DNA from: Candidatus Zixiibacteriota bacterium
Lineage (GTDB): Bacteria > Zixibacteria > MSB-5A5 > WJJR01 > JAJRUJ01
NCBI GenBank assembly: GCA_020051695.1
Contig: JAGVQM010000019.1
Coordinates: 79,937-143,936 of the forward strand
Length of the DNA stretch: 64,000 bases
Reading direction: 5' to 3'
Part shown: positions 45,116-54,200 of the stretch, piece after piece
Numbering within the stretch: the first letter of the stretch is position 1
Layout: the number at the start of each line of letters is the position of its first letter
Translations under genes and position numbers: made by a program
Notes under the pieces: model-generated
Database searches by the model: none
The model's input: the letters and a program-made list of their open reading frames with translations, nothing else
Told to the model about the DNA's origin: nothing

Positions 45116-47267
45116 CCGGCAAGAATTCGCGGCGGCACTAAAAGGAATACAGAATCTGGATTGCGCTGACGTTGTCGAGATATCGGCAATTGCGTCCGGC
45201 AGACTACATTTGTATGCCGCCGACGCGTTATACCATTCAGGCAAATACGACGATGCCCTCGAACATGCCAATCTGGCAATCGGACATTTCAGACCTACTG
45301 ATGCGCATTCGCTCTATGGTCGTGCGAAATATCGGCGAGGTTATATTCTTTTGACTGTCGGGGACTATTCTCGCAGTTCGGATGAATTCCGGGAAGCGTG
45401 GTCCGCTTATAAACGTATCGGAGATCAAGAGGGTGAACTATCGTCATGCAATTGTTTGGCTCGATGTGCCTTTTGCCAAGGCCAATACGATAAAGCGAAA
45501 GAATATCTTGTGCATTCCATCGATTTATGCGAGATATTCGGTGACAAAGCCCGAAAGGATGCAATACAAGCCAACTTGGGCGTTGTATTGACTCTTTTGG
45601 GAGATTTTTATTCCGCTAAATCGATCATGCAGATTGCAGAGTCTTCATTAGATGCAATGCCATATGCAAATCAATGCAATACTCATGGAATGGTGGCATA
45701 TCTTTTAATTTTGATGCGTGAATTTGGAGCGGCGACTGAACATCTCGAGAAAAAATATGCAATTGCAAAGGCTCAATTATTAACTCGTCGATTGGCCGTC
45801 TACCACGAATACGCCGGCGAACTTTGTTTCTGGCAGGGCGATTACGAAAAGGCCGAGGAGCACTACCGCGAGGCGATCAAAATCGGGATGGAGATTGCCC
45901 CCGAGGGTGACCTGATCAGCCAGTCGTATCGGCTGCTGGCCGAATTGCAGGTGGCGCGTAATCAGCTGGATGATGCCGAGGAATCCTGCAACCGCGCCTG
46001 GGCCGTCGCGGAGAAGATCACCGAACGCCTGGAACTGGGAGCCATTCAGCGCACCCGCGGCGAAATCGCCGCCCGCCGGGGAGATGCCGAGGCCGCCCGG
46101 ACGGCCTTCGATGAGGCCATCCGCATCCTGAGCGAGATCGGCGCGAAATACGAACTGGCCCGCGCACACCTGCAGGCCGGTGAGGCCGAGGTGTTCAACA
46201 ACGAATATCGAATATTAAATCTCATGGCCGCCCGTGTGCTGTTCGACCGGATTGGTGTGGCCTACTGGCAGGAACGGGTCACCGGGCATATCAAAAAGAT
46301 GGTGCGCGCCGCAAGCGCCGTTTATTTGCGGCCGCCGCCGCCGGCCCGCGCCGCCGAGCCGGTAATCGCCGTCTCCGCCCCCATGAAAAAAATCCTGGAC
46401 TTCCTCGCCAAAGTCAAAGATACCGACGCCACGGTCCTGCTGCTCGGCGAAACCGGGGTGGGTAAGGACCATTTGGCCCGGCATATCCATTACACCAGCA
46501 GCCGGGCGGATAAACCGTTCGAAAACGTTGCCGCGGCGAATTTCCCCGCCGAGTTGTGGGCCAGTGAGTTTTTCGGCCACGAAAAGCACGCGTTTACCGG
46601 GGCCAATGAGGCCAAAATCGGGATCCTCGAACGCGCGAACGGCGGCACGGTCTATCTCAACGAAATCAGCGAGGTGCCGCCGGATTTCCAGCTCAAGATG
46701 CTGCATTTTCTGGAATCCCGGGAGGTCACGCGGCTGGGCGGGTCCAGACGGATCGCCCTTGACATCCGGTTTATCGCCGCCTCCAATAAGAACCTGCTGG
46801 CGGAAATTGATGCCCGAAGGTTCCGCCGGGATTTGTACTACCGGCTCAACCAGGTTCCGGTGGAGATCCCCCCGTTGCGGGAGCGGCCGGGCGACCTCGG
46901 GGAACTGGTGCGACATTTCCTGACGCTGTATAATTACCCGCCCCACAAAATCCGGCATCTGCTGGATTCTCCGTTTTATGATTTGCTGCAGAGCGCGGCC
47001 TGGCCCGGCAATGTCCGGCAGTTGGAGCATTTGCTTCGCCGGTTGACCATCCTGGCCAACGGCGCAGACCCCGAGGCCATGCTCCAGATCGCCCGTGAGG
47101 TTTTGGCTGATGAGAAGTTGCTGCCCGATCCCGAGCGCGAGAAATTATTGGCAATATTGAAAGCCAATGACTGGAACCAGCGAAGGACAGCGCGGGAGCT
47201 GGGGATGGCCGAAAGTTCGCTACGAAAAACCATGAAGCAATTGAAAATCAACCGCTTGCCGGAATGA
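45060..47267 (+). CDS. sigma54-dependent transcriptional activator with N-terminal TPR-repeat sensor domain (no receiver domain)
   Basis: TPR-like repeats over residues 1-430. AAA+ sigma54-interaction domain (LLGETGVGKDHLARHIH, EFFGHEKHAFTGA, GGTVYLNEISEV). C-terminal Fis-type HTH. Start codon uncertain (45060 or 45078). Confidence 0.85.
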   Translation: MSNYTTMSAVLDTIADLIDRQEFAAALKGIQNLDCADVVEISAIASGRLHLYAADALYHSGKYDDALEHANLAIGHFRPTDAHSLYGRAKYRRGYILLTVGDYSRSSDEFREAWSAYKRIGDQEGELSSCNCLARCAFCQGQYDKAKEYLVHSIDLCEIFGDKARKDAIQANLGVVLTLLGDFYSAKSIMQIAESSLDAMPYANQCNTHGMVAYLLILMREFGAATEHLEKKYAIAKAQLLTRRLAVYHEYAGELCFWQGDYEKAEEHYREAIKIGMEIAPEGDLISQSYRLLAELQVARNQLDDAEESCNRAWAVAEKITERLELGAIQRTRGEIAARRGDAEAARTAFDEAIRILSEIGAKYELARAHLQAGEAEVFNNEYRILNLMAARVLFDRIGVAYWQERVTGHIKKMVRAASAVYLRPPPPARAAEPVIAVSAPMKKILDFLAKVKDTDATVLLLGETGVGKDHLARHIHYTSSRADKPFENVAAANFPAELWASEFFGHEKHAFTGANEAKIGILERANGGTVYLNEISEVPPDFQLKMLHFLESREVTRLGGSRRIALDIRFIAASNKNLLAEIDARRFRRDLYYRLNQVPVEIPPLRERPGDLGELVRHFLTLYNYPPHKIRHLLDSPFYDLLQSAAWPGNVRQLEHLLRRLTILANGADPEAMLQIAREVLADEKLLPDPEREKLLAILKANDWNQRRTARELGMAESSLRKTMKQLKINRLPE

Positions 47268-47272
47268 TTGGG

Positions 47273-47307
47273 TGCGCATGCGCAGTCTGCGAGTGCGCAT
47301 GCGCAGT
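47273..47307. repeat. two copies of a perfect 12-bp palindrome TGCGCATGCGCA within a 15-bp direct repeat GTGCGCATGCGCAGT
   Basis: Copies at 47274-47285 and 47295-47306, 9 nt apart, starting 6 nt after the activator's stop codon. Confidence 0.5.
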
Positions 47308-47471
47308 TTAAGTATAACGGAAACAACGCATTCAGCAGCGATGACAGTCTGAGTGTGCCAGGTTCTTTGATAACTCAACCCGACGCCCGACTCGGGAGAC
47401 CCAGGCAGAAAATTCCAGATTGCTATCAACGCCAATAACATAACAAGTTGTCGGCGATCTTAACACCCAAT

Positions 47472-47487
47472 TGGCACGCTCCCTGCT
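47472..47487 (+). promoter_or_regulatory. sigma54 (-24/-12) promoter TGGCACG-N4-CTGCT
   Basis: GG and GC are 12 nt apart. 43 nt downstream come GGAGG and the ATG at 47531. Directly downstream of the sigma54 activator gene. Confidence 0.55.
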
Positions 47488-47530
47488 AATACATCCCGTG
47501 ACGTTAAACTTTTAACCACGGGAGGATGCC

Positions 47531-48463
47531 ATGCGTAGGATGCTGGCGATTTTGGCAGTGCTTCACCTGGTGTTGTTGGGCTGTTCGACTGAAACCATCA
47601 CCCCCACCGAATCGGAAGGGCAACGCGTTACGACAGATCCCGGCCCCACCGGCCCACCAATGGCGACAGCGACTAATGAGCCGCTGGTGACGTTCTGGGT
47701 GGAGGAGGATTCGGTTAATGTCATTCAGTATGTCATTGATTCTGTCGCCCGCGAAGTGGTGTTCAGCATTGAGCGGATTGATCCCGCTCGACAAGTAAGT
47801 TATTATTCAATAGTCATTGAAGAAACTCAGGACGAGAATGGCGTTATCGCCAACAGCGCCGGGTTCCTGGATGATCAGGGCTATTTGTTGGTCGGTTTGG
47901 ATTTTGCTTGGCCGTCGGATGATCCGAATCCCAATTGGTACAGCGTTACCGAGCGAACCCTTGATGATGAAATGACTATCAAACGGGAGGTTGAAAACGG
48001 CCGAGTTACGGAAATCTACACATTAAATGGCGAAACGCGAACCTATGTCTATGCCGAGACAAACCCAAACATGGCAAAGAGCAGCCCTAGTGCAATTGAA
48101 AACGACGGGCCGAATTATATAAACGACCTGCCGTTGCAGAGTGAAGCGGCGGATGAATTGGCGGAATGGGAAGAATTCGTTGCGCCGGAGAACACGTTGA
48201 ATTACAATCAGGATGGAGAATTTTTTGTGTCGGTGCTCGGGAATCAAGACTTCGCTGCCTGGGTGGAATCCGAATTCCAGGATCCGGACATGTACAAACC
48301 ATGCATTGACTCGCGCGAGAAGGTATGCGCGGTCGCGGCTATTATTAGTCTCGTTAAATGCTGGTGGTCATTTGTGGCAAATTTCTTGTGTTGGGTTTCT
48401 ACAGGTACTGGAATTGCATGCGTAATCGGCTCAGTTGGAAGATGGATTCATGGCTGGGCTTAA
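47531..48463 (+). CDS. hypothetical lipoprotein with Cys/Gly-rich hydrophobic C-terminal tail
   Basis: Lipobox LLGCST; acidic Asp/Glu-rich body. The C-terminus KVCAVAAIISLVKCWWSFVANFLCWVSTGTGIACVIGSVGRWIHGWA resembles the tail of the peptide at 48749-49027. Confidence 0.55.
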   Translation: MRRMLAILAVLHLVLLGCSTETITPTESEGQRVTTDPGPTGPPMATATNEPLVTFWVEEDSVNVIQYVIDSVAREVVFSIERIDPARQVSYYSIVIEETQDENGVIANSAGFLDDQGYLLVGLDFAWPSDDPNPNWYSVTERTLDDEMTIKREVENGRVTEIYTLNGETRTYVYAETNPNMAKSSPSAIENDGPNYINDLPLQSEAADELAEWEEFVAPENTLNYNQDGEFFVSVLGNQDFAAWVESEFQDPDMYKPCIDSREKVCAVAAIISLVKCWWSFVANFLCWVSTGTGIACVIGSVGRWIHGWA

Positions 48464-48492
48464 TTTACGATTCGAACGAAAAGGAGGAGCGC

Positions 48493-48735
48493 ATGGCCGA
48501 GATGAAACAGATATTCTATATTTTGTGGGGTCTTGGGATGTTGGTTGCGGTTTCCTCAATTTTTTTCGTCAAACCGGGCGTAAAAATTGCGTCGCTGAAT
48601 CCTCGGGATTGGAAAACACCAAATTGGAAACAAAAGGAGAATTTTCGCGGCCCCGGGTATGCTTTGATGATGGTCGGCTGTATCTGGTGGGCGATTGGCG
48701 GTCTCGTCTGGGTCTCCATTACGCTGTTTGGCTAA
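48493..48735 (+). CDS. small membrane protein (80 aa), paralog A
   Basis: AAGGAGGA ribosome-binding site. MAEMKQIFYILWGLGMLVAVSSIFFVKPG... with two TM segments. Confidence 0.5.
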   Translation: MAEMKQIFYILWGLGMLVAVSSIFFVKPGVKIASLNPRDWKTPNWKQKENFRGPGYALMMVGCIWWAIGGLVWVSITLFG

Positions 48736-48748
48736 AGGGTGCTATTGG

Positions 48749-49027
48749 ATGGAAGATATCTTCTACATTTTATGGGGATTGGGCTTGCTTATTTTCTTCT
48801 CATCGCCGTTTTTCGTCAAAGCCGGGGCTCCCATCGCAGCGATTGACTGGAATTGGGGCAACTGGTGGAATTGCACTTTCAATACCTTTGTCAAGGGTTG
48901 TTCGGCATTCGTTTACCGTTGCGTTGTAACAGGGACGGGATATATTGAATGCGTTGTCACCGGTTGTGCCGCAGTGTTTATAGGAGCGGCTATCGGTTGC
49001 GCAGCCCGTCAGCTCATTCCTTGTTGA
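48749..49027 (+). CDS. small membrane/Cys-rich protein (92 aa), paralog B of 48493-48735
   Basis: MEDIFYILWGLGLLIFFSSPFFVKAG... shares its N-terminal 30 aa with the preceding gene. The C-terminus is Cys/Gly-rich (CVVTGTGYIECVVTGCAAVFIGAAIGCAARQLIPC). Confidence 0.5.
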   Translation: MEDIFYILWGLGLLIFFSSPFFVKAGAPIAAIDWNWGNWWNCTFNTFVKGCSAFVYRCVVTGTGYIECVVTGCAAVFIGAAIGCAARQLIPC

Positions 49028-49039
49028 TTCGGAGGTGTC

Positions 49040-49231
49040 ATGAAAAACAGGACGTTCATCATCATCATGTTCTGTATCACTCTTGTTTGCAGCTACCTTT
49101 TCGGCGGACAACTGGCTGGAATGTCGTTCACCCAGTCGGCAATCTTGACGGTGGCTGTGGGCATTGTTGGCCCGATCATCGGTTTGCTGGAACGCGCGTG
49201 GCGCAAAAAAAAGAACAAAGCGATGTCCTGA
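49040..49231 (+). CDS. small membrane protein (63 aa)
   Basis: GGAGG ribosome-binding site. Two hydrophobic helices and a basic C-terminus RKKKNKAMS. Confidence 0.4.
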   Translation: MKNRTFIIIMFCITLVCSYLFGGQLAGMSFTQSAILTVAVGIVGPIIGLLERAWRKKKNKAMS

Positions 49232-49357
49232 TCGGATGAGAGCGGCAAGCAAAGATCGTTCGGTATTTGAGGAGTAAGTGCGATTGCCGGGGCACCGGCA
49301 ATCGCCATGTCCTTTGCCTTATTGGGTAGCCCCGATCGCAGGTATGGAGGATTATGT

Positions 49358-49558
49358 ATGGGTCGCTTTGCCCGTCCTTTTCTTGGCGGATTAACGGTAA
49401 CGATAGTTTCCGTCTTCGTTGGTTCCGTATTGGGGATTACTCCACGACTGGATGAAGCACCAACGGGAGAGCTTATTTATTGGTTTGTGGGATTTGCCGT
49501 CGTGGGCGCGCTATTGGGGCTGATCTGGGTGGCGGCGAGGAAAATATTAAGCCGGTAG
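49358..49558 (+). CDS. small membrane protein (66 aa)
   Basis: GGAGG ribosome-binding site, then ATG. Two TM helices. Confidence 0.4.
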   Translation: MGRFARPFLGGLTVTIVSVFVGSVLGITPRLDEAPTGELIYWFVGFAVVGALLGLIWVAARKILSR

Positions 49559-49671
49559 CCCACCTGCTTGACATCTGTCATAGCGGGGTGGGTTACCCGC
49601 TCATTTCGGTAATGATTGAGTGTGCGGTTGATTTGTACCAAAATTGATATTTTTGCCGGAGGAGGTGAAGA

Positions 49672-49851
49672 TTGCAGGATCCCAAAAAGTCGGTGCTTGT
49701 CATGGTGATTGCCTGCGTGGGCGTTTGGTCTGTGCTCGAACTATTGCATGTCACCGATCTTTCTTGGCCGTTGATGCTTTTGGCATCGGCAGGAGTAGGT
49801 TTGGCGGCAGGTCTTGCGCTATATGGATTGCGCAAGGCGTTCAAGTTCTAA
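49672..49851 (+). CDS. small membrane protein (about 59 aa, TTG start, or 49 aa from the ATG at 49702)
   Basis: GGAGGAGG ribosome-binding site 8 nt upstream of the TTG. Peptide LQDPKKSVLVMVIACVGVWSVLELLHVTDLSWPLMLLASAGVGLAAGLALYGLRKAFKF. It was missed by the ORF track because a longer ORF in another frame masks it. A GCGGG...CCCGC hairpin precedes it. Confidence 0.35.
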   Translation: MQDPKKSVLVMVIACVGVWSVLELLHVTDLSWPLMLLASAGVGLAAGLALYGLRKAFKF

Positions 49852-49947
49852 TTGCGCTGGTCTGCCTTCCCGGGTGGGCTACCCGCTGGTGCTATTTCGT
49901 CGGCGCATGGATGCGCATTTTCTCAGTTGTTGTAGGAGGGGGAAAAA

Positions 49948-50141
49948 ATGATGAAAGAGTCTCGCAAAAAGTTGTTCATTGGTATTCCCCTCAGTTGGCT
50001 GGGCGGTCTCGGGCTGTCATCACCATCAAACAACTGGGGTTGTGGAACTCCCCGCTGCACATGTTGGTGATTTGGGCCGCCGTGTTCGGCGGCGGATATG
50101 GTCTGGTCTTATTGGGATTGGCCAAAGCGCTTAAATTATAG
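49948..50141 (+). pseudogene. frameshifted paralog of the 49672-49851 peptide gene
   Basis: GGAGGGGG ribosome-binding site, then ATGATG. Frame 1 gives MMKESRKKLFIGIPLSWLGG... and stops at 50071. A shifted frame continues as ...SPLHMLVIWAAVFGGGYGLVLLGLAKALKL, homologous to the C-terminus of the preceding peptide. A similar upstream hairpin (GGGTGGGCTACCCG) is present. Confidence 0.3.
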
Positions 50142-50344
50142 CGTCTCTCTTCGCCCGCTGACCCCATAACCCGGAAGCGGGGCGCCCAGGCCTGGTGCGG
50201 GCGTCCCGTGTTCCTGTTCGCGCCGTACCTCATGGCCGGTTGATTTTTCCCGCAGCTTGACCCATATTGCCCCCGGAAACAAATGCCGAAATGCTGCGTA
50301 CAACGTGCGATGGGTACAAGACGACGAAAACCAGCGGCGGGACC

Positions 50345-51064
50345 ATGAAACTCACAATCAATCTGCTGATATTAACCGGGTTGGTCATTGCCGGCACAAT
50401 CCTCGCTCCGCCGGCGCTCGCCCAGCGGCAACCGCTGGTGAGCGAAAAAGCCGAAATCGCCCCCGATCCGTCGTATTTTACCGTCGCCCGGCTGCAATAT
50501 CCCGGCGGCGGCGACTGGTATTGGGGATCCTCGGCCCTGCCGAACCTGCTCAATTTTATCAGTGAAAACACCAACATCCCGGTCAACGAGGAGGAAGTGC
50601 GCGTCGAAATCCGCAATGACCGGCTGTTCGATTATCCGTTTCTCTACGCCACCGGCCACGGGAATATCCATTTCAGCGACGAGGACCTCGAACGCCTGCG
50701 CCGGTACCTGCTGGGCGGCGGGTTTTTGCTGGTCAACGACTCCTACGGCATGGACCAGGCCGTGCGGCGGGAGGTCGCCCGGTTGTTTCCCGATCGGCCG
50801 CTGGTCGAATTGCCGTTTTCTCATCCGATTTACCACTGTTATTTTGATTTTCCCAATGGGCTGCCCAAAATCCATGAGCATGACAATAAACCGCCGCAGG
50901 GCTTTGCTGTCCTGGATGGCGAGCGGGTGATGTTGTTTTATGTCTACGAAGCGGATATCGGGGACGGCTGGGAAGACCCGCAGGTCCATAAAGACCCGCC
51001 CCAGAAACGTGATGCGGCGCTTAAAATGGGCGCCAATCTTGCTTGTTACGCACTCACCCGGTAG
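50345..51064 (+). CDS. DUF4159-like secreted protein
   Basis: Signal peptide MKLTINLLILTGLVIAGTILAPPALA. Conserved LFDYPFLYATGHGNIHFSDEDLERLRRYLLGGGFLLVNDSYG block. Confidence 0.55.
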   Translation: MKLTINLLILTGLVIAGTILAPPALAQRQPLVSEKAEIAPDPSYFTVARLQYPGGGDWYWGSSALPNLLNFISENTNIPVNEEEVRVEIRNDRLFDYPFLYATGHGNIHFSDEDLERLRRYLLGGGFLLVNDSYGMDQAVRREVARLFPDRPLVELPFSHPIYHCYFDFPNGLPKIHEHDNKPPQGFAVLDGERVMLFYVYEADIGDGWEDPQVHKDPPQKRDAALKMGANLACYALTR

Positions 51065-51226
51065 CCGTACTCGGCCTAAATAGCCAAAAAACAGCCCTTT
51101 TTGTGCATCGGAAAGCCGGGCGCCGCGTACAATAAGGTATCGGGCGCGGTCCCGCGAGGGTGGAGTATGTCGAAGACGGCCCCGTGGGGACGATAAGACG
51201 GATAGACTGACAATGGATGGAGTGAG

Positions 51227-54200
51227 ATGTCCCCGCTGATTAATTACTCGCGTATTCTGGCCCGGCTGAACACTCTGCGCCGGCGGCTTGTTTTCTGCAA
51301 ACTCAGCACCGGCATTCTGGCGGCATTCTCGTACCTGGTCGCCGGTTTCCTGCTGGCTGCCTCGTTATCAATACTCGGGATTGCACCGGTGGCGGTGCGT
51401 ACCGGCTGGTGGCTGGTGCTGTTGGCCGGGATCACGATGATCCTGGGCCCGCTGGTCTGGAAATATCTCATCTCGCCCCCGTCGTCTGAACAACTGGCGC
51501 TGGTGGTGGAATCCCGGTATCCGCAGTTAAAAAATCGGCTGATTGCCGCGTTGCAGCTGCGGCAATACCTGACCACCAATCACGAGGGATATTCCACCGA
51601 TCTGGTGGGACGCACTGTCGAACAGGCCGATCGGCTCTCTGCCGAGATTGACCTGGACTGCTGCGTGGATCGCGGCCCCCTCATGCAGTGGCTGAGACGG
51701 ACCGGGATCATGGCCGTCCTGGCCGTGGCAACGGTGGTTTTGCTGCCTGGGGCGGCCAATCGCGCGCTGTCGTCTTTTTCGCGGCCGCTGACCTCGATGA
51801 TTGAACCGGTGGGGTATCACCTTGCCGTGTATCCGGGAGACGCCGAAGTCATTAAATTCGATACAGTCATTGTGCGAGCGGTACTCACCGGCCGGGATGC
51901 CCCCGGACAAGTCGTGTTGTCGCATCGTGCCGAGGGTGGGCAGTGGCTGGCCGAAGAGCTCACCGGGCTGGCTTACCGCTCGGGATCGTCTCTGGCCGGG
52001 CCTGATTCAACGATATTTTCCTACCGCCTCGGGCCGGTGATGCGGGATGTGGAATATACGTTCGCCGCCGACCGACTGATTTCGAATGTGTTCACGATCA
52101 AAGCCCTCGACCGTCCGCGGGTAACGGATATTCGTTTGAGTTATTTTTATCCGGAATATACCGGCCTTGAACCCCTGGTATTCGACGAAAACAACGGGGC
52201 GATCAGCGCCCTGGCCGGGACGGACGTGGAGATTGCCGTGCAGGCCAACCGGCCGCTGAAACATGCCGAGCTGGTGTTCAATGACGGCATTTCGCTGGCG
52301 CTGGAGGTACGTGACCGCAGCGCAGTCGGGCGGATAACGGTCACGCGGGATGCTTCGTACTACATTCGATTGATTGACCAGCAGGGCCACGAAAATCCGC
52401 ACCCGATCGAATATGGTATCAGCATGCTGGCCGATGCCTACCCCCGCGCGGAAATCCTGCTGCCGGGGCACGACGCCGACCTGGACGACCAGATGGCGGT
52501 CAACCTCAAGATCGGCGCGGTGGACGATTACGGCTTCACCGACATGGTCCTGATTTATCGCTGGCTTTCCGGCGGACAATTGCGCGAGGAAAACCGCGTA
52601 CGGCTGCCGCTGCCCGGCCGGCGCACAGCCAACGTGGAAATAGACTACTGGTGGGATCTCGAACCGATCGGCATGATGCCGTCGGATGTTGTCGCCTACC
52701 ACGTTGAGGTTTTCGACAACGACCGGATCAGCGGCCCGAAATCCTCGGTGAGTAAAAGTTTTACCCTGCGGTTCCCCTCCCTGGACGAAATGCTGGCCGA
52801 GGTCGGCGCCCGTCAGGATGAAAATATAATCGACCTCGAGGAAATCTTAAACGGCGAACAGCGGCTGGCCGAGGAAATCGAACGCCTGCACCGCGAACTG
52901 CTGCAGACTGATGACCCCGATTGGCAAATGCAAAAACAGTTCGAATCGCTCAACAACCAGCAGGACGAACTGACGCAGAAATTTACTGAAAAGGCCGAAA
53001 AATTCTCCGAGGGACTCTCCGAATTGCAGGAGAAAAAGCTCGCTTCGGCCGAGATGCTGGCCAAACTGGAGGAAGCCCAGGAGTTATTCAAAGAGGTGGC
53101 CACCGAGGAAATGAAAGAACAAGCCCGCGAACTGGCCGAGCTGCTCAAGGAGCTGGACCCCGCAGAAATGGCCGAGGCGCTGGAAGACATGCAGCTTTCG
53201 ACTGAGGAAATGATCGAGCGGCTGGAGCGCACGATTGAATACCTGAAAAAAATGCGGGCCGAGCAGAAAATCGATGAAATGATCAAACGCGCCGAAGATT
53301 TGGCTTCCCGGCAGCAGGACCTCAATGACGATATCGAGGCCTCACCGCCCGACGAACTTGATAAACAGACCGAACGGCAGGATGGGCTTAAGGAAGATTT
53401 CGAGAAACTCGATACGGATTTGCAGGAGGCCGAATCGGCATTGAAAGACGCCAAGTTTGCCCCGGAGGGGTTAATCGAGCAGTTTTGCCAGGCCGCCCGG
53501 ATGTGCAGCGCACCGGAGGCCATGAGCGAAGCCGCACAGGCCATGCAACAGCAGAATAAATCCACGGCGCAGCAATCGGGGAAACAAGCCAATAAGCAGC
53601 TCAACGACCTGGTCTCGCGCATGCGGGAACTCCAGCAAATGATGACCGACGATATGCAAGAGGAGGTCGCCGGTATGTTGCGCGAGGCGCTGGACCAGGC
53701 CATGTACTTGTCCGAACACCAGGAGGAGCTGCAGGAACAACTGCAAGACCTGGATTTCCAAAATCCCGATATGCGCAAGCTCGCCGAGCTGCAGGCCGAT
53801 TTGCTGGGGGGGACCCAGCGGCTGGATGCCGCAATGTCCGAGATCGCCAAAAAATCCATGTGTGTCGGCGGCGCCAATTTCGGACTGAAAGGTGTTGGCG
53901 AGAGCATGACCCAGGCCATCGAAATGCTGACCCAGCAAAACGGGCGCGGCGCCGCAGGTCACCAGAAAAACGCCATGTCGGGCATTAACCGCGCCGCGCA
54001 GCAACTGATGCAGGGCATGCAGCAAAACTCCGGCCAGTGCCAGAACCCCGGACAATGCAACAAACCGGGAGGGATGATGCCGACAATGGGATCGCTGGCC
54101 AACCGCCAGGGGCGATTGAATGCGCAAATGTCGCAGATGTTCGAGGAAATGGGCGGCACGATGACCACCGAGGAACGTCTGACCCTCGCCCGGCTGAAAG

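Noticed and set aside
24727-46222. Identical 15-mer AATATTAAATCTCAT at two distant sites
   Set aside because: With about 1.3e5 positions on both strands, a few random 15-mer coincidences are expected. One copy is inside a coding region and there is no flanking similarity.
46215-47030. 271-aa minus-strand ORF inside the TPR-sigma54 activator
   Set aside because: Antisense to AAA+ motifs that read perfectly on the plus strand.
52813-53919. 368-aa Ser-rich ORF antisense to the 1134-aa coiled-coil gene
   Set aside because: It lies entirely within the sense gene's GAG/GAA/CAG-rich coiled-coil region. The antisense strand of such a region gives Ser/Cys/Phe low-complexity sequence. There is no start context.
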